DNA of 64,000 bases. Source: a candidate division WOR-3 bacterium (GTDB lineage Bacteria > Hydrothermota > Hydrothermia > JBDRYB01). Positions 10,739-19,800 of this stretch are shown here, in pieces (within the stretch, counting starts at the first letter, position 1; each line of letters starts with the position of its first letter). The stretch is taken from contig JBDRYB010000002.1 of the NCBI GenBank assembly GCA_039803205.1, positions 64,001 through 128,000 on the forward strand, written 5' to 3'. The notes under the pieces are model-generated. The model saw only the letters and a list, made by a program, of their open reading frames with translations. It was not told the DNA's origin and searched no databases. A program made the translations under genes and the position numbers.

Positions 10739-10767
10739 TTGATCGTTCCTGGCAAAAACACTATAAT
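10739..10767 (+). promoter_or_regulatory. Sigma70-type promoter for the NYN leader/gene
   Basis: TTGATC (10739-44), 17 bp spacer, TATAAT (10762-67). The -10 sits in the quasi-palindrome CTATA-A-TATAG, which could also serve the divergent ABC gene. Confidence 0.7.
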
Positions 10768-10798
10768 ATAGGCCTGCGTTAGAAGCTTTTAGAACCGG

Positions 10799-10853
10799 GG
10801 GGGCAGTGTCGGCTGTGGCTTCTGCCTCAGTTTCGGCTGCCCCCGAATTTTTT
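10799..10853 (+). terminator. Long hairpin + U-tract in the 5' leader of the NYN gene (terminator/attenuator or ncRNA)
   Basis: GGGGGCAG (10799-806) pairs with CTGCCCCC (10837-44); inner GGCTG-T-GGC/GCC-T-CAGTT stem with TTCT loop; T6 at 10848-53. Confidence 0.65.
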
Positions 10854-10858
10854 CTTGT

Positions 10859-11386
10859 ATGGAAAAACGGACGATTATCTTCATAGACGCCCAGGCACTT
10901 CTCAAGGGGGCATGGAAAGCATGTAAAAAAGATTTTCGTGTGAATCACTTCAATCTGATCAAGGACCTCTCCCTGAACAGGGACCTCATAAGGGTCTACA
11001 TGTATGACGGCATATATCCTGAGGAAGCTATCCAATTTGCTGAGGAGAGAAGAAAAAAGCTTGCCTGGGCCAGCGAATTCTGGGGCAGGGGGATAACTGT
11101 CAAACTCATTGATATGAGAGAATCCGGGAGGGGAACATACAGACAAAAGGGTGTTGATGTGCGTATTGCCTCGGATATGCTCACCCTCGCGTTCCGAGAC
11201 GCGTATGATGTTGCTGTTCTCGTTTCCGGAGACGGGGATTTCGGCGAGGTCATTGACGAGATAAAGGGCATGGGAAAGAGAGTTGAGGTGGCCTATTACA
11301 GAGAAGGTTTTTCTGAGCGGCTTAAGGAATCCGCTGATAAAATAATCTACCTCCAGGATCTGCCCAGCTTCAAGGGATGCTCCTGA
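10859..11386 (+). CDS. NYN domain (PIN-like) putative RNase
   Basis: IFIDAQ, RQKGVDVRIASDM, AVLVSGDGDF, GKRVEV, LKESADK motifs. Confidence 0.9.
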   Translation: MEKRTIIFIDAQALLKGAWKACKKDFRVNHFNLIKDLSLNRDLIRVYMYDGIYPEEAIQFAEERRKKLAWASEFWGRGITVKLIDMRESGRGTYRQKGVDVRIASDMLTLAFRDAYDVAVLVSGDGDFGEVIDEIKGMGKRVEVAYYREGFSERLKESADKIIYLQDLPSFKGCS

Positions 11387-11394
11387 CCAGCAGA

Positions 11395-11754
11395 TCATAC
11401 CCTCATCCTCCAGGCCGCATATAACCCTATTGCCCCGTGGGGAAGATACTCCGCCCACCACTTGCCGCAGAAAGAGGCGAATACCCCTATTACCAGCACG
11501 AAGCCCACAACCGCCACGGCCAGGATCATATGAAAGAGCCTCGGCAGTTTCGCCATCCTGAGGAATCCAACCGTGTATTTGCCGATCATGTATATCATGA
11601 ATGAGACGAGGGCAAGCCCTATCCTCAGGTAGGCGAAGCTGTCATCTATCTCAAGGGGCCTCTCCCTGAAAATGGGGAACAAGACCGGCGCCGGCAGGGC
11701 GCTCAGACCACCGAGCACGATCTTGAAGATGGTTTCAGTTTCCAATTTCGCCAT
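11395..11754 (-). CDS. Small membrane protein (3-4 TM), downstream of the R-M pair
   Basis: Hydrophobic segments; start overlaps the REase stop region; no family recognised. Confidence 0.6.
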   Translation of the reverse strand: MAKLETETIFKIVLGGLSALPAPVLFPIFRERPLEIDDSFAYLRIGLALVSFMIYMIGKYTVGFLRMAKLPRLFHMILAVAVVGFVLVIGVFASFCGKWWAEYLPHGAIGLYAAWRMRV

Positions 11755-12388
11755 GGGCAAGAAGGGATTCGGGCAAGTAGAGCTCCTGAGCGGACGCGTT
11801 GAATTCGTGCTTGAGGTTCACCTTCAGGTTCTCAAGGGTGTATATCTCATAAGATACGGGAACAAAGAGGTTTTCTCCTTCTTTTTTCATTCCGAAAGCC
11901 ACGAGAATATGCGGCGCATCCTTGGTGATCTTGAAGTCCTCAGAGGGGGAGAGATAGAAAACTCGTAGCCCGCCACCCCTTTCCTCTTCGGAATTAAAGG
12001 TTTTACATTCAAGATAAACCGGAATACCTTTCCATTCTAATTCAAAGTCCGGATACCCAGCGGGTTTCTTCCTTCCTGATCTCGCAATCGGCCTCTGAGC
12101 CGGGATCTCCACAGATCTCAAGCCTTCAAGAACAAAATCCTCTATTTTATTACCAGCTTCGTTTGGTCTTTTTGTCTTTATGCCTTCTTCTTTAGCCTTA
12201 GCGCCGGCTATCTGGATTGCTCTTTCAAGATTACTGATGAAATCTTCGGCCCAATCCATGCTTTCGTAAATCGGGAGTATCCTGTGACCGGAGAGAACCT
12301 TGATAACAACTGTAAAAGGAATATCTCTGACAGGAGACAGAAATTTCTTCAGGGTTTCCTCCAATTGTTTAATGTATTCCTCTTGCAT
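11735..12388 (-). CDS. Putative type II restriction endonuclease (PD-(D/E)XK)
   Basis: GYPD...YLECK catalytic motif and upstream NEAGNKIE helix; directly follows the MTase stop (TAAATG). Confidence 0.75.
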   Translation of the reverse strand: MQEEYIKQLEETLKKFLSPVRDIPFTVVIKVLSGHRILPIYESMDWAEDFISNLERAIQIAGAKAKEEGIKTKRPNEAGNKIEDFVLEGLRSVEIPAQRPIARSGRKKPAGYPDFELEWKGIPVYLECKTFNSEEERGGGLRVFYLSPSEDFKITKDAPHILVAFGMKKEGENLFVPVSYEIYTLENLKVNLKHEFNASAQELYLPESLLAHGEIGN

Positions 12389-13630
12389 TTAACCCTCCTT
12401 CAAGAAAATAAGGATGTTCTCCCTTTGCATCACATTGTAAAGCCCAAAGATTATCTTGTCTATGTTTTTTATCAGTCTGAGGCCGCACTTCTCGCACTCT
12501 CTGATTACAAATTCCACGGTATTGATGAGCTTTCCCTGATAAGTCGCATTGCCTATGACCAGGCTCGCGTATTTACCCGGTTTGAGAACTCTAGCCATCT
12601 CCTTGATTGCTTCCTTCATATCCTCGTTGTAAAGTCTAACCCTCTCGTCTCCTCGGCCTCTGACACCTATAACTGATTCCCTGAATAGGGTTACATCCTT
12701 GCCGAGATACTTTAGGGCATGCGCGTCATTAGCTACATAATCCAGAGCGATGGAATAGGGGGGCGAAGTTATGATCCCGTCCACGGAATCATCCTTCAAG
12801 GGCAAGCGCCTAGCATCAACCTCGCAGATTTCAGTTTTGCCAAGCCTGATTCCAAGCTCCTGAACCACATCCTGGTAGTCCTCAACCGAAGAAAGCATCA
12901 GGGAGATGCCCTTGAGAAAGGACGGGATAAAGGGCCTTCTCCTTCTTTCCGTGTCGCTTACAGCCAGTAGGAAACCCATCAGGTAAAAGTTGCGGACGGG
13001 TTCTTTCTCTATGTTCATTATGAAATCCAGCATGTCCTTCTCGTGGTTTCCCCTGAGTAGCCTGTTGGCCTCGGCCTGGATATCCCGAAAGAACTCTTTT
13101 ATCTCCCGAAGGAACAGAACGGATTCGGTTTTAACCCTGGTCTGGAGAACGCAAAGGGGCGATATATCAAGACATACTGAGTTTATACCCAACAACTGGG
13201 CTTCCAGGGCAAGGGTTCCGGAGCCGACAAAAGGATCGAGGACGGTTTGGCCCTCAGAGAGCCCCATTATGTTCAGAAGAGCTCTTATCATCTGGGGATG
13301 GAACTTGCCCTTGTAGGGGTATATCCAGTGAGTCAGATACTGGTTTATGGACCTGGTTCGGTTCTTACTAACGATAAACGGATAAACGCTTTCCTTGTCC
13401 CCTATGGACTGGAAATAGGCTGTGCGCTTGCAGAAGCGTTCATCATCTCCTCCCCATGCTCTTATCCTTCTCAGGCTGTTCTCAACTAGGAACTCATAAC
13501 CAAAAGCAGAGAGCTCAAGTTGCGCGAGCGCGAGCTCGTAAATGAACTGCACATTGGGCATGAGAACAGCCACAGTTCCTGTCTGAACATCAGGGGGGTT
13601 CGCCCTCTCGGAGAAATGCCAGCTCCTCAT
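12389..13630 (-). CDS. Alpha-class amino DNA methyltransferase (likely N4-C)
   Basis: YPYKGKFHP, DPFVGSGT (motif I) N-terminal of TSPPY (motif IV); ATGA overlap with the upstream peptidase stop. Confidence 0.88.
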   Translation of the reverse strand: MRSWHFSERANPPDVQTGTVAVLMPNVQFIYELALAQLELSAFGYEFLVENSLRRIRAWGGDDERFCKRTAYFQSIGDKESVYPFIVSKNRTRSINQYLTHWIYPYKGKFHPQMIRALLNIMGLSEGQTVLDPFVGSGTLALEAQLLGINSVCLDISPLCVLQTRVKTESVLFLREIKEFFRDIQAEANRLLRGNHEKDMLDFIMNIEKEPVRNFYLMGFLLAVSDTERRRRPFIPSFLKGISLMLSSVEDYQDVVQELGIRLGKTEICEVDARRLPLKDDSVDGIITSPPYSIALDYVANDAHALKYLGKDVTLFRESVIGVRGRGDERVRLYNEDMKEAIKEMARVLKPGKYASLVIGNATYQGKLINTVEFVIRECEKCGLRLIKNIDKIIFGLYNVMQRENILIFLKEG

Positions 13631-15072
13631 TTCCAATCCATATACTCAGCCTCGGGATACCCTTCCAGCTTGAACGATGTATCCGCTACCACGACCAAAA
13701 CGAAGTTCTCCGGATCAAAGTATGACCTGGCCGCGGAATTGACCTCATCAAGGCTCAGGTTTGATATGGCGAGGATGTCCTCTATCCAGTATAGGTCCGG
13801 TAGTCCAAAAACCTTGCCTTGCATCACGAGGCCAGCGACCTGGCCGTATGTCTCGCCTGAGCGGGCTATTGATCCCCGGTAATACTTCTTCGCGGCCTCG
13901 AGCTCTTCCTGGGTGAAACCCTTGTTCCTCGCGTCCGCTATGAGGGAGAGGAGCTCGGATATCGCTTGATTCCCTGACGAGGTTTTGGTCTCAAGCCCAG
14001 CATAGAATATTCCCGGATAAACGCTATCGCCAAAGACGAACCCAGGGCTATAATAGCCGAATACGGAGTAAGCGAAGCCCAGCTCAACCCTTATCCTTTT
14101 GGTTATTCGGGATGAGAAGCCCGATCCACCCAGGATGTAATTCGCTGTCCTCAGAGCGTTGTAATCCGGCGATGTCCTCGTTATGCCCCTCGCGCCGAGG
14201 GCTATGTAGCACTGGTTTATCTCCGGCATCCTGACAACCTTAACACGCTTCCCCTCTATTTTTGGTGGAGGGGCAAGCGTTGGAAGGGGCTTTCCTGGGT
14301 TCTTCCATCCCCCAAGATGCCTCTCAACGAGGGAGACAGCCGAATCAGGAGGGAGGTCTGAAACCACTACAACCCTCGTTCTGGCAGGGCAATACCAATC
14401 CTTGTAAAACCCCTTCACATCCTCAAGGGTTATCCTTGAGACCGTGGAATCATAGCCTATGACAGGGTGAGCAAGGGGATGTCCATCGTAGACTGTCTCA
14501 TCAAAGCTCCAGTCTAGGACCGTGTTCGGGTCGCTCTTAGCTGAGTATATTGATGATACGGTCCTCTTTCTGAGCCTCGTGAACTCATCCTTCTTGAAGT
14601 CAGGTGAAGTGATAATTTTTGCAAGGACGCCGAGGAGCGCGTCCGTGTCCGTAGAAAGGCATTTAAGGGACAGCTCCGTGGATGCCTTTCCCACATTTAT
14701 CCAGAACCTCGCGCCAACGCTCTCAAAGGTATCAGCTATATCCTCAGAGGAAAGTCCGCCAGCCCCCTCGTCAAGCATGTCTCCGGTCATCCCGGCCAGC
14801 CCCTCCTTACCAAGGGGATCCAGCACGCTCCCGGCCTCTATCTCCATCTCAAGGTGGAATATGGGGAGTTTTGATTTCCTGACGGCTATCACCAGAAGGC
14901 CATTATCAAGGGTTTTCTCCGTCTTCTCAAGCGTGAAGCGCTGAGGATCTAAACTCCAGGCCTTCGTCATATGGACCTCCGTCTTTTCGGGCCCGCAGGC
15001 CAGAAACGATCCGAGAAAAATGAAGGGCCAGAGCCGCATCAAGGCTTTTTCCGCAGGTTTTTCCTTCGTCAT
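13627..15072 (-). CDS. M16B peptidase, non-catalytic subunit, probable lipoprotein
   Basis: LDNGL, GSVLDP, lacks HXXEH, GGSGFSSR...RVELGFAY; lipobox FLAC (start may be 15039). Confidence 0.85.
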   Translation of the reverse strand: MTKEKPAEKALMRLWPFIFLGSFLACGPEKTEVHMTKAWSLDPQRFTLEKTEKTLDNGLLVIAVRKSKLPIFHLEMEIEAGSVLDPLGKEGLAGMTGDMLDEGAGGLSSEDIADTFESVGARFWINVGKASTELSLKCLSTDTDALLGVLAKIITSPDFKKDEFTRLRKRTVSSIYSAKSDPNTVLDWSFDETVYDGHPLAHPVIGYDSTVSRITLEDVKGFYKDWYCPARTRVVVVSDLPPDSAVSLVERHLGGWKNPGKPLPTLAPPPKIEGKRVKVVRMPEINQCYIALGARGITRTSPDYNALRTANYILGGSGFSSRITKRIRVELGFAYSVFGYYSPGFVFGDSVYPGIFYAGLETKTSSGNQAISELLSLIADARNKGFTQEELEAAKKYYRGSIARSGETYGQVAGLVMQGKVFGLPDLYWIEDILAISNLSLDEVNSAARSYFDPENFVLVVVADTSFKLEGYPEAEYMDWK

Positions 15073-15080
15073 GGTGCTCC

Positions 15081-16436
15081 TTAGTATTTGAACTCCTTCT
15101 TCTGTCCCTCCTCCATCATCTTTATATATTCTCCTATGTCTTCTGGCGCCTTGGGCAGTAGGACTACGACTGACCTGTTTTCCTGGGTTAGATATTTCCT
15201 CGCCACATTCATGATCTCTTCGGCCGTCACAGCGGCAACCCTTTCCGGATAACGATTTATGTAATCAGGATCCCCCTGTATAGCGGCAGCGTTCCCTATT
15301 GAGAAAGCCGTGCCAGCCGCGGATTCCTGCTCATAGATGTTTTCGGCTATGGCCTGCCTTGCGGCCTTCCTCAGCTCCTCCTCAGAAACCCCTCCCTCTT
15401 TGATCCTGATGATCTCCTTATCTATGATCTTCTCAACATCCTTTGGGTCCTTGCCCTGCTGGAGCACGGCGCCGACGACAAGGAGCCCTGGGTCCACGCT
15501 CTCATCCGTATATGCCCAGACAGATGTGGCTAGCTCCTGATCCCTCACTATCTCTCTGTATAGACGGGAGCTCTTTCCGCCGCCAAGAAGGGTGGCCAGC
15601 ACATCAAGGGCAGGTATGTCCGGATGGGTGGCCTCAGGGATATGGTATGCGGAGAGGTAGATGCTCATGAACCCCTCTTTGTGGACAACAGTCCGCCTCT
15701 CGCCTTTCTGCGGAGGTTCCTTGGCTGTGACTGGGGGAACTGGAACCAAAGGCCTCGGTATCTTCCCAAAGTGTTTCTTCGCCATCTCAAACGCGTCCTC
15801 GGCCCTCACATCTCCAGCTATGACTAGGATGGCATTGTCGGGCCTGTAGAATGTCTCGTAAAATCTCCTTGTATCATCAAGGGTAATTGAGGCTATGACA
15901 GAACCCCAGCCAATAACAGGATGCCTGTATGGGTGAACCATGTATGCCGTTGCCCAGAGGTTTTCCCAAGCGGTTCCGAAAGGGCTATTGTCCGTTCGCC
16001 ACCTCCTCTCTTCCATGACCACATCGCGCTCCGCGAGGAATTCGTTAAATACCAGGTTGACCATCCTGTCGGCCTCCATCATGAGGGGCACATCCAAGGC
16101 ATCCGCGGGCACAACGCAGTGATACACCGTGACATCCCTATCAGTGAAAGCATTATCCGAGCCACCAAGCTGATCTATTATCTCCGAATAATTGCCCTGA
16201 ACCCCGGCTGATCCCTTGAACATCATGTGCTCGGTCAGGTGAGCGAGGCCTGTCTCATTGTAGCTTTCGTTCCTGGAACCAACTTTATACCACACCTGGA
16301 CAGCCACAACCGGCGCGGAGTGATCCTCCACCACTATGACCATAAGGCCATTATCGAGGGTCTTTGTCTTGAACCTTACAGGCAAAACCTCAGGTAGCTC
16401 TGTTGCCGCGATCATCATAAAAATTGCTCCTGTCAA
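15081..16436 (-). CDS. M16B zinc peptidase (pitrilysin family), catalytic subunit
   Basis: GSRNE...GLAHLTEHMMFKGS (HXXEH), NAFT, EERR, HPYRHPVIG; GGAGG SD before TTG. Confidence 0.92.
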   Translation of the reverse strand: MTGAIFMMIAATELPEVLPVRFKTKTLDNGLMVIVVEDHSAPVVAVQVWYKVGSRNESYNETGLAHLTEHMMFKGSAGVQGNYSEIIDQLGGSDNAFTDRDVTVYHCVVPADALDVPLMMEADRMVNLVFNEFLAERDVVMEERRWRTDNSPFGTAWENLWATAYMVHPYRHPVIGWGSVIASITLDDTRRFYETFYRPDNAILVIAGDVRAEDAFEMAKKHFGKIPRPLVPVPPVTAKEPPQKGERRTVVHKEGFMSIYLSAYHIPEATHPDIPALDVLATLLGGGKSSRLYREIVRDQELATSVWAYTDESVDPGLLVVGAVLQQGKDPKDVEKIIDKEIIRIKEGGVSEEELRKAARQAIAENIYEQESAAGTAFSIGNAAAIQGDPDYINRYPERVAAVTAEEIMNVARKYLTQENRSVVVLLPKAPEDIGEYIKMMEEGQKKEFKY

Positions 16437-16532
16437 AGCAGGACCTCCTATGGCTTGAAATTATAAAGCTTTTAGCCTGGACAGGCCAATTGCCATGCAA
16501 ATGTCCGGACCCTAGCTTTATCCTTTTGGGCT

Positions 16533-17258
16533 ATGAACTGGCAGGACCTATCCACTTACGAGCATGGGAAGCTCAGGTTTGAGGCCGCAATATTGCCCAT
16601 AGGAACCCTTGAGGCCCACGACGGCGGGCCTGTTGGAACGGACAACTTCATTCCGGATGCCATATGCGAAAGGCTCTCTGAGCGCCTCGGCATCCCCAAG
16701 CTTCCCCTCATGCCCTATGGGGTAACGAATTCCCTGTTGTCCTATCCTGGCAGTTGTTCACTCACCGATCCGGTTCTTGAGGGCTTCATCTACGAGCTGG
16801 GGAAGACCTTAGCCAGGAACGGGCTCAGGTATCTCTTTGTCATAAACGGGCACGGCGGCAACACCGACCCACTGAGAGCGGGCGCGCGAAAGGTATTCCG
16901 TGAGGCAGGGCTCTTTGTTGCGGTAATAGACTGGTGGGTTGAGACCAGGCGACACGCTGAGGAGATATTCGGCAAGGAAGGCATGGGCCACTCGGCCATT
17001 GACGAAATGGGCGCCCTTTTGGGATTCTGCCCGCGGTTCAGGGATTCTCTGCCAAAGGGAGAAGTTCCCGCTTACTACTACTGGCAAGGGGTGAGGGTGT
17101 ATCCGGTTCCGAGGCCTGTTATAGTCTACGAGAACCCAGAGGAAAGGGTGGATTTTTCAAGGCTTAGTCCAGAAAGGTGCTCTGAGTTCGCTGATAGGAT
17201 AACGGATGTGATGGAGAGGGTGATAAGGGACATACTCGCGGGTTGGAGGGAGATATGA
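16533..17258 (+). CDS. Creatininase / creatinine amidohydrolase family protein
   Basis: PIGTLEAH, GTD, NGHGGN, GHSAIDE metal-binding motifs. Confidence 0.85.
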   Translation: MNWQDLSTYEHGKLRFEAAILPIGTLEAHDGGPVGTDNFIPDAICERLSERLGIPKLPLMPYGVTNSLLSYPGSCSLTDPVLEGFIYELGKTLARNGLRYLFVINGHGGNTDPLRAGARKVFREAGLFVAVIDWWVETRRHAEEIFGKEGMGHSAIDEMGALLGFCPRFRDSLPKGEVPAYYYWQGVRVYPVPRPVIVYENPEERVDFSRLSPERCSEFADRITDVMERVIRDILAGWREI

Positions 17259-18370
17259 AGGTTGAGTTCTTCAGGCACTCTTTGGGCGAGGATGAGAAGA
17301 AGGCCGTTCTCGAGGCCTTGGATGGCATATTTCTCACAACCGGCCCGGCGAACGCTGAGTTTGAGAGATTGTTCTCGGAGTATCTCGGCGTCCCGTATAC
17401 CGTAACGGTCAACTCGTGCACTGGCGGCCTTCACATTGCCCTTCTGGCTTTGGGTCTGAGGCCCGGAGACGAGGTCATAACAACCCCCATGAGCTTCATC
17501 GCGACTTCAAACGCGGTTCTACATGCCGGCGGAATCCCTCGTTTCGTTGATGTTGAGCCAGAGACCGGGCTTATTGATCCGGATCTGATAGAGGAGGCAA
17601 TAACCCCAAAGACTAAGGGTATTATCCCGGTGCACTTATACGGCCAGATGGCGGACATGAAAGCGATTAGGGAAATAGCGGACAGGCACGGGCTTTTCGT
17701 GCTTGAGGACTCAGCGCATGCCATTGAAGCGGAAAGGGATGGGGTAAGGCCAGGCCAAAAAGGGGACATGGCCGCGTTCAGCTTCTACGCTACAAAGGTC
17801 ATAACCTGCGGGGAGGGAGGTGCGATAACGGCGCACACCCGCGAGCAAGACGATCTCCTCCGGAAGCTCAGGCTTCACGGGATGAGCGCTGGAGCGGCAG
17901 ACAGATACTCAGGCCTATACAAGCACTGGGAGATGGAGCTCCTCGGCTGGAAGTATAACATGACGAACTTTCAGGCCGCGATGCTCATCCCTCAATTGCC
18001 GAAGATGGAAGCCTGGCGGGCGAGGAGGGAGGAGATCTGCCGGAGATACGAAGAGGCCTTCTCAAAAGCCGGTATAGGTTTTCCCGAGGTTGTTCCCGGC
18101 TCAAGGTCATCTCGGCACCTATTCACGATATGGGTTGAGGATAGGGACAGGGTTCTCTCGGAGCTCGGAAAGCGAGGGGTTGGCGTCGCGGTCAACTACA
18201 GAGCCATTCACCTGAGGAAATACTACACGGAGCGCTTCGGCTACAAACCAGGGATGTTCCCTGTGGCCGAGAAGATAGGGGACATGACAATAAGCCTTCC
18301 CCTTTATCCGGACCTGAAGGATGAGGAGGCCGATTATGTGATTGATTGTGTGAGGGAGGTTGTGGGGTAG
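17255..18370 (+). CDS. DegT/DnrJ/EryC1/StrS sugar aminotransferase (ArnB-like)
   Basis: NSCTGGLH, PVHLYG, EDSAHA, FSFYATK (PLP lysine), GEGG, SLPLYP. Confidence 0.92.
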   Translation: MKVEFFRHSLGEDEKKAVLEALDGIFLTTGPANAEFERLFSEYLGVPYTVTVNSCTGGLHIALLALGLRPGDEVITTPMSFIATSNAVLHAGGIPRFVDVEPETGLIDPDLIEEAITPKTKGIIPVHLYGQMADMKAIREIADRHGLFVLEDSAHAIEAERDGVRPGQKGDMAAFSFYATKVITCGEGGAITAHTREQDDLLRKLRLHGMSAGAADRYSGLYKHWEMELLGWKYNMTNFQAAMLIPQLPKMEAWRARREEICRRYEEAFSKAGIGFPEVVPGSRSSRHLFTIWVEDRDRVLSELGKRGVGVAVNYRAIHLRKYYTERFGYKPGMFPVAEKIGDMTISLPLYPDLKDEEADYVIDCVREVVG

Positions 18371-18380
18371 TTTAAGCGCT

Positions 18381-19733
18381 TTATTGCCAAAATAGTCTCA
18401 GTCCCCCTTTGAAAAACAATCCTGATACCCCATTTCCATCTATATGTAACCAGTTTTCTATCCTTCTGTATCCCACCATGAGGTCAGACCCCATGGGCCC
18501 CCTGATCCAAGAAGCCCTGACCCATCCCCTCGCCTCGGTTTGAACCGGAGGCACGAGGAAGTTCTCCTTTGGAAAGCCCAGGTAATATGGCATTTTCTCG
18601 TGGACAGAGCCAGCCCCGTCCTGGGTGAAGGATAAGCCGAGCGTAATCCTGGTCACGGGCCTCGCCTGCCACTCCAGCTCAGCCAGAAACCTCTGAAAAT
18701 CAGAGCCGAGGGGGTGACCGTATGGCCAGGCTCTGTAGATGGCCTTTGTGGTCCTCAGCCTTGAGTTGAATGTCCAGCGCGTTGCCGCCGAGTAATCCAT
18801 TCTGAGGATGAGAGGGCCCGCGGACTTCATGGCGCCAAAAGCAAGAGCGAATTGATTGGGGTCCCATATGGTATCAGGAACATACTGGAAATCATCAATG
18901 TAGAACTCGCCATACAGAAGGAGGCCGGGAAGGCTGAGGGTTGCGTCCAGGTCCCACGCGTAGTCGTCCTCGTGCTGGAAGGAGCCGGTCCAGGAGTAGG
19001 CGTAGTATATGGGAAATGGGTTGAAGTATTGGAGCGAAGGTCCGCCCTCCTCCCTCGCGTATCTGACCGTTTCTGACCACGCCATGTTTAGCCTTCCGAG
19101 AATGAGAAACTCAACCCTATGGCCGTTTATGAAGCGCTGGTATTCGGTTCTATGCTGGAGGTTCTCCGAGGTGTCTATGACATCCTCTATGGGATAGGGG
19201 TCCAAAACGCCGAAGAATAGTGAAATCCTCATGAAAGAACATCGCCACGCTATCTCGCCGCAATCAAATGGAGGGAAATTTCCTCCATCAAACATCAGCC
19301 TGTTGGCCAGAGGCGGTCCCCAGGAAACAGGCGCCCTTCCCCAGTAGCCTGATAGGTTCCCGTTTTGAAAGCCGACAAAAGCCCTCATCCAATCAGAACG
19401 GATCCCCTTCCACCTCGCCGGATATAGGGAATCGTTTCCAATCCAGATGAATGGCTCAGCAGAAGCGAAAAGGGCACCATTTTCGTGGGAAAGCGATGCT
19501 GTGCCTGAGAGGCGTTGGAATGTGTCGGATTCGTAACCAGCGGCCGCAGAGAATCTCGGCGAGGCACACCTGAGCTCTTCCCACAGAGAGCCTTCTCCAA
19601 TCACGGTATCAGGGAGGACAAAAGGCATGGTCCAGTAGAAACCAGGGGGCAGTTCTCCTGAGAGGATGAGCCTCGCGATCTCAGCATCCCCGTGTCCAGG
19701 TGTTATTACCAAAGCCAAAAGCAAAACCTGCAC
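18381..19733 (-). CDS. Capsule assembly Wzi-like outer-membrane beta-barrel protein
   Basis: GR-x-x-x-SWGP, GHRVE, YFNP, YGEFYIDD, GHPLGSD, terminal aromatic strand. Confidence 0.7.
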   Translation of the reverse strand: MQVLLLALVITPGHGDAEIARLILSGELPPGFYWTMPFVLPDTVIGEGSLWEELRCASPRFSAAAGYESDTFQRLSGTASLSHENGALFASAEPFIWIGNDSLYPARWKGIRSDWMRAFVGFQNGNLSGYWGRAPVSWGPPLANRLMFDGGNFPPFDCGEIAWRCSFMRISLFFGVLDPYPIEDVIDTSENLQHRTEYQRFINGHRVEFLILGRLNMAWSETVRYAREEGGPSLQYFNPFPIYYAYSWTGSFQHEDDYAWDLDATLSLPGLLLYGEFYIDDFQYVPDTIWDPNQFALAFGAMKSAGPLILRMDYSAATRWTFNSRLRTTKAIYRAWPYGHPLGSDFQRFLAELEWQARPVTRITLGLSFTQDGAGSVHEKMPYYLGFPKENFLVPPVQTEARGWVRASWIRGPMGSDLMVGYRRIENWLHIDGNGVSGLFFKGGLRLFWQ

Positions 19734-19763
19734 TCCAAGATTTTAAGGCAACGGCCCCCCCTG

Positions 19764-19793
19764 TTGCCACAGCAGAGGCCGAGGGATTAAAAT
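19764..19793 (+). promoter_or_regulatory. Promoter of speE (leaderless)
   Basis: TTGCCA, 18 bp spacer, TAAAAT, then 7 nt to ATG 19801; no SD. Confidence 0.6.
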
Positions 19794-19800
19794 TATCGTT

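Noticed and set aside
10721..11461. 246 aa minus-strand ORF over NYN, and similar long shadow ORFs (27337-28089, 28256-28924, 53877-54611, 21442-22035)
   Set aside because: Antisense or alternate-frame shadows of well-supported genes, with no motifs.
16533..17258. Creatininase as mycofactocin/RiPP maturation peptidase
   Set aside because: No precursor peptide or radical SAM gene nearby.
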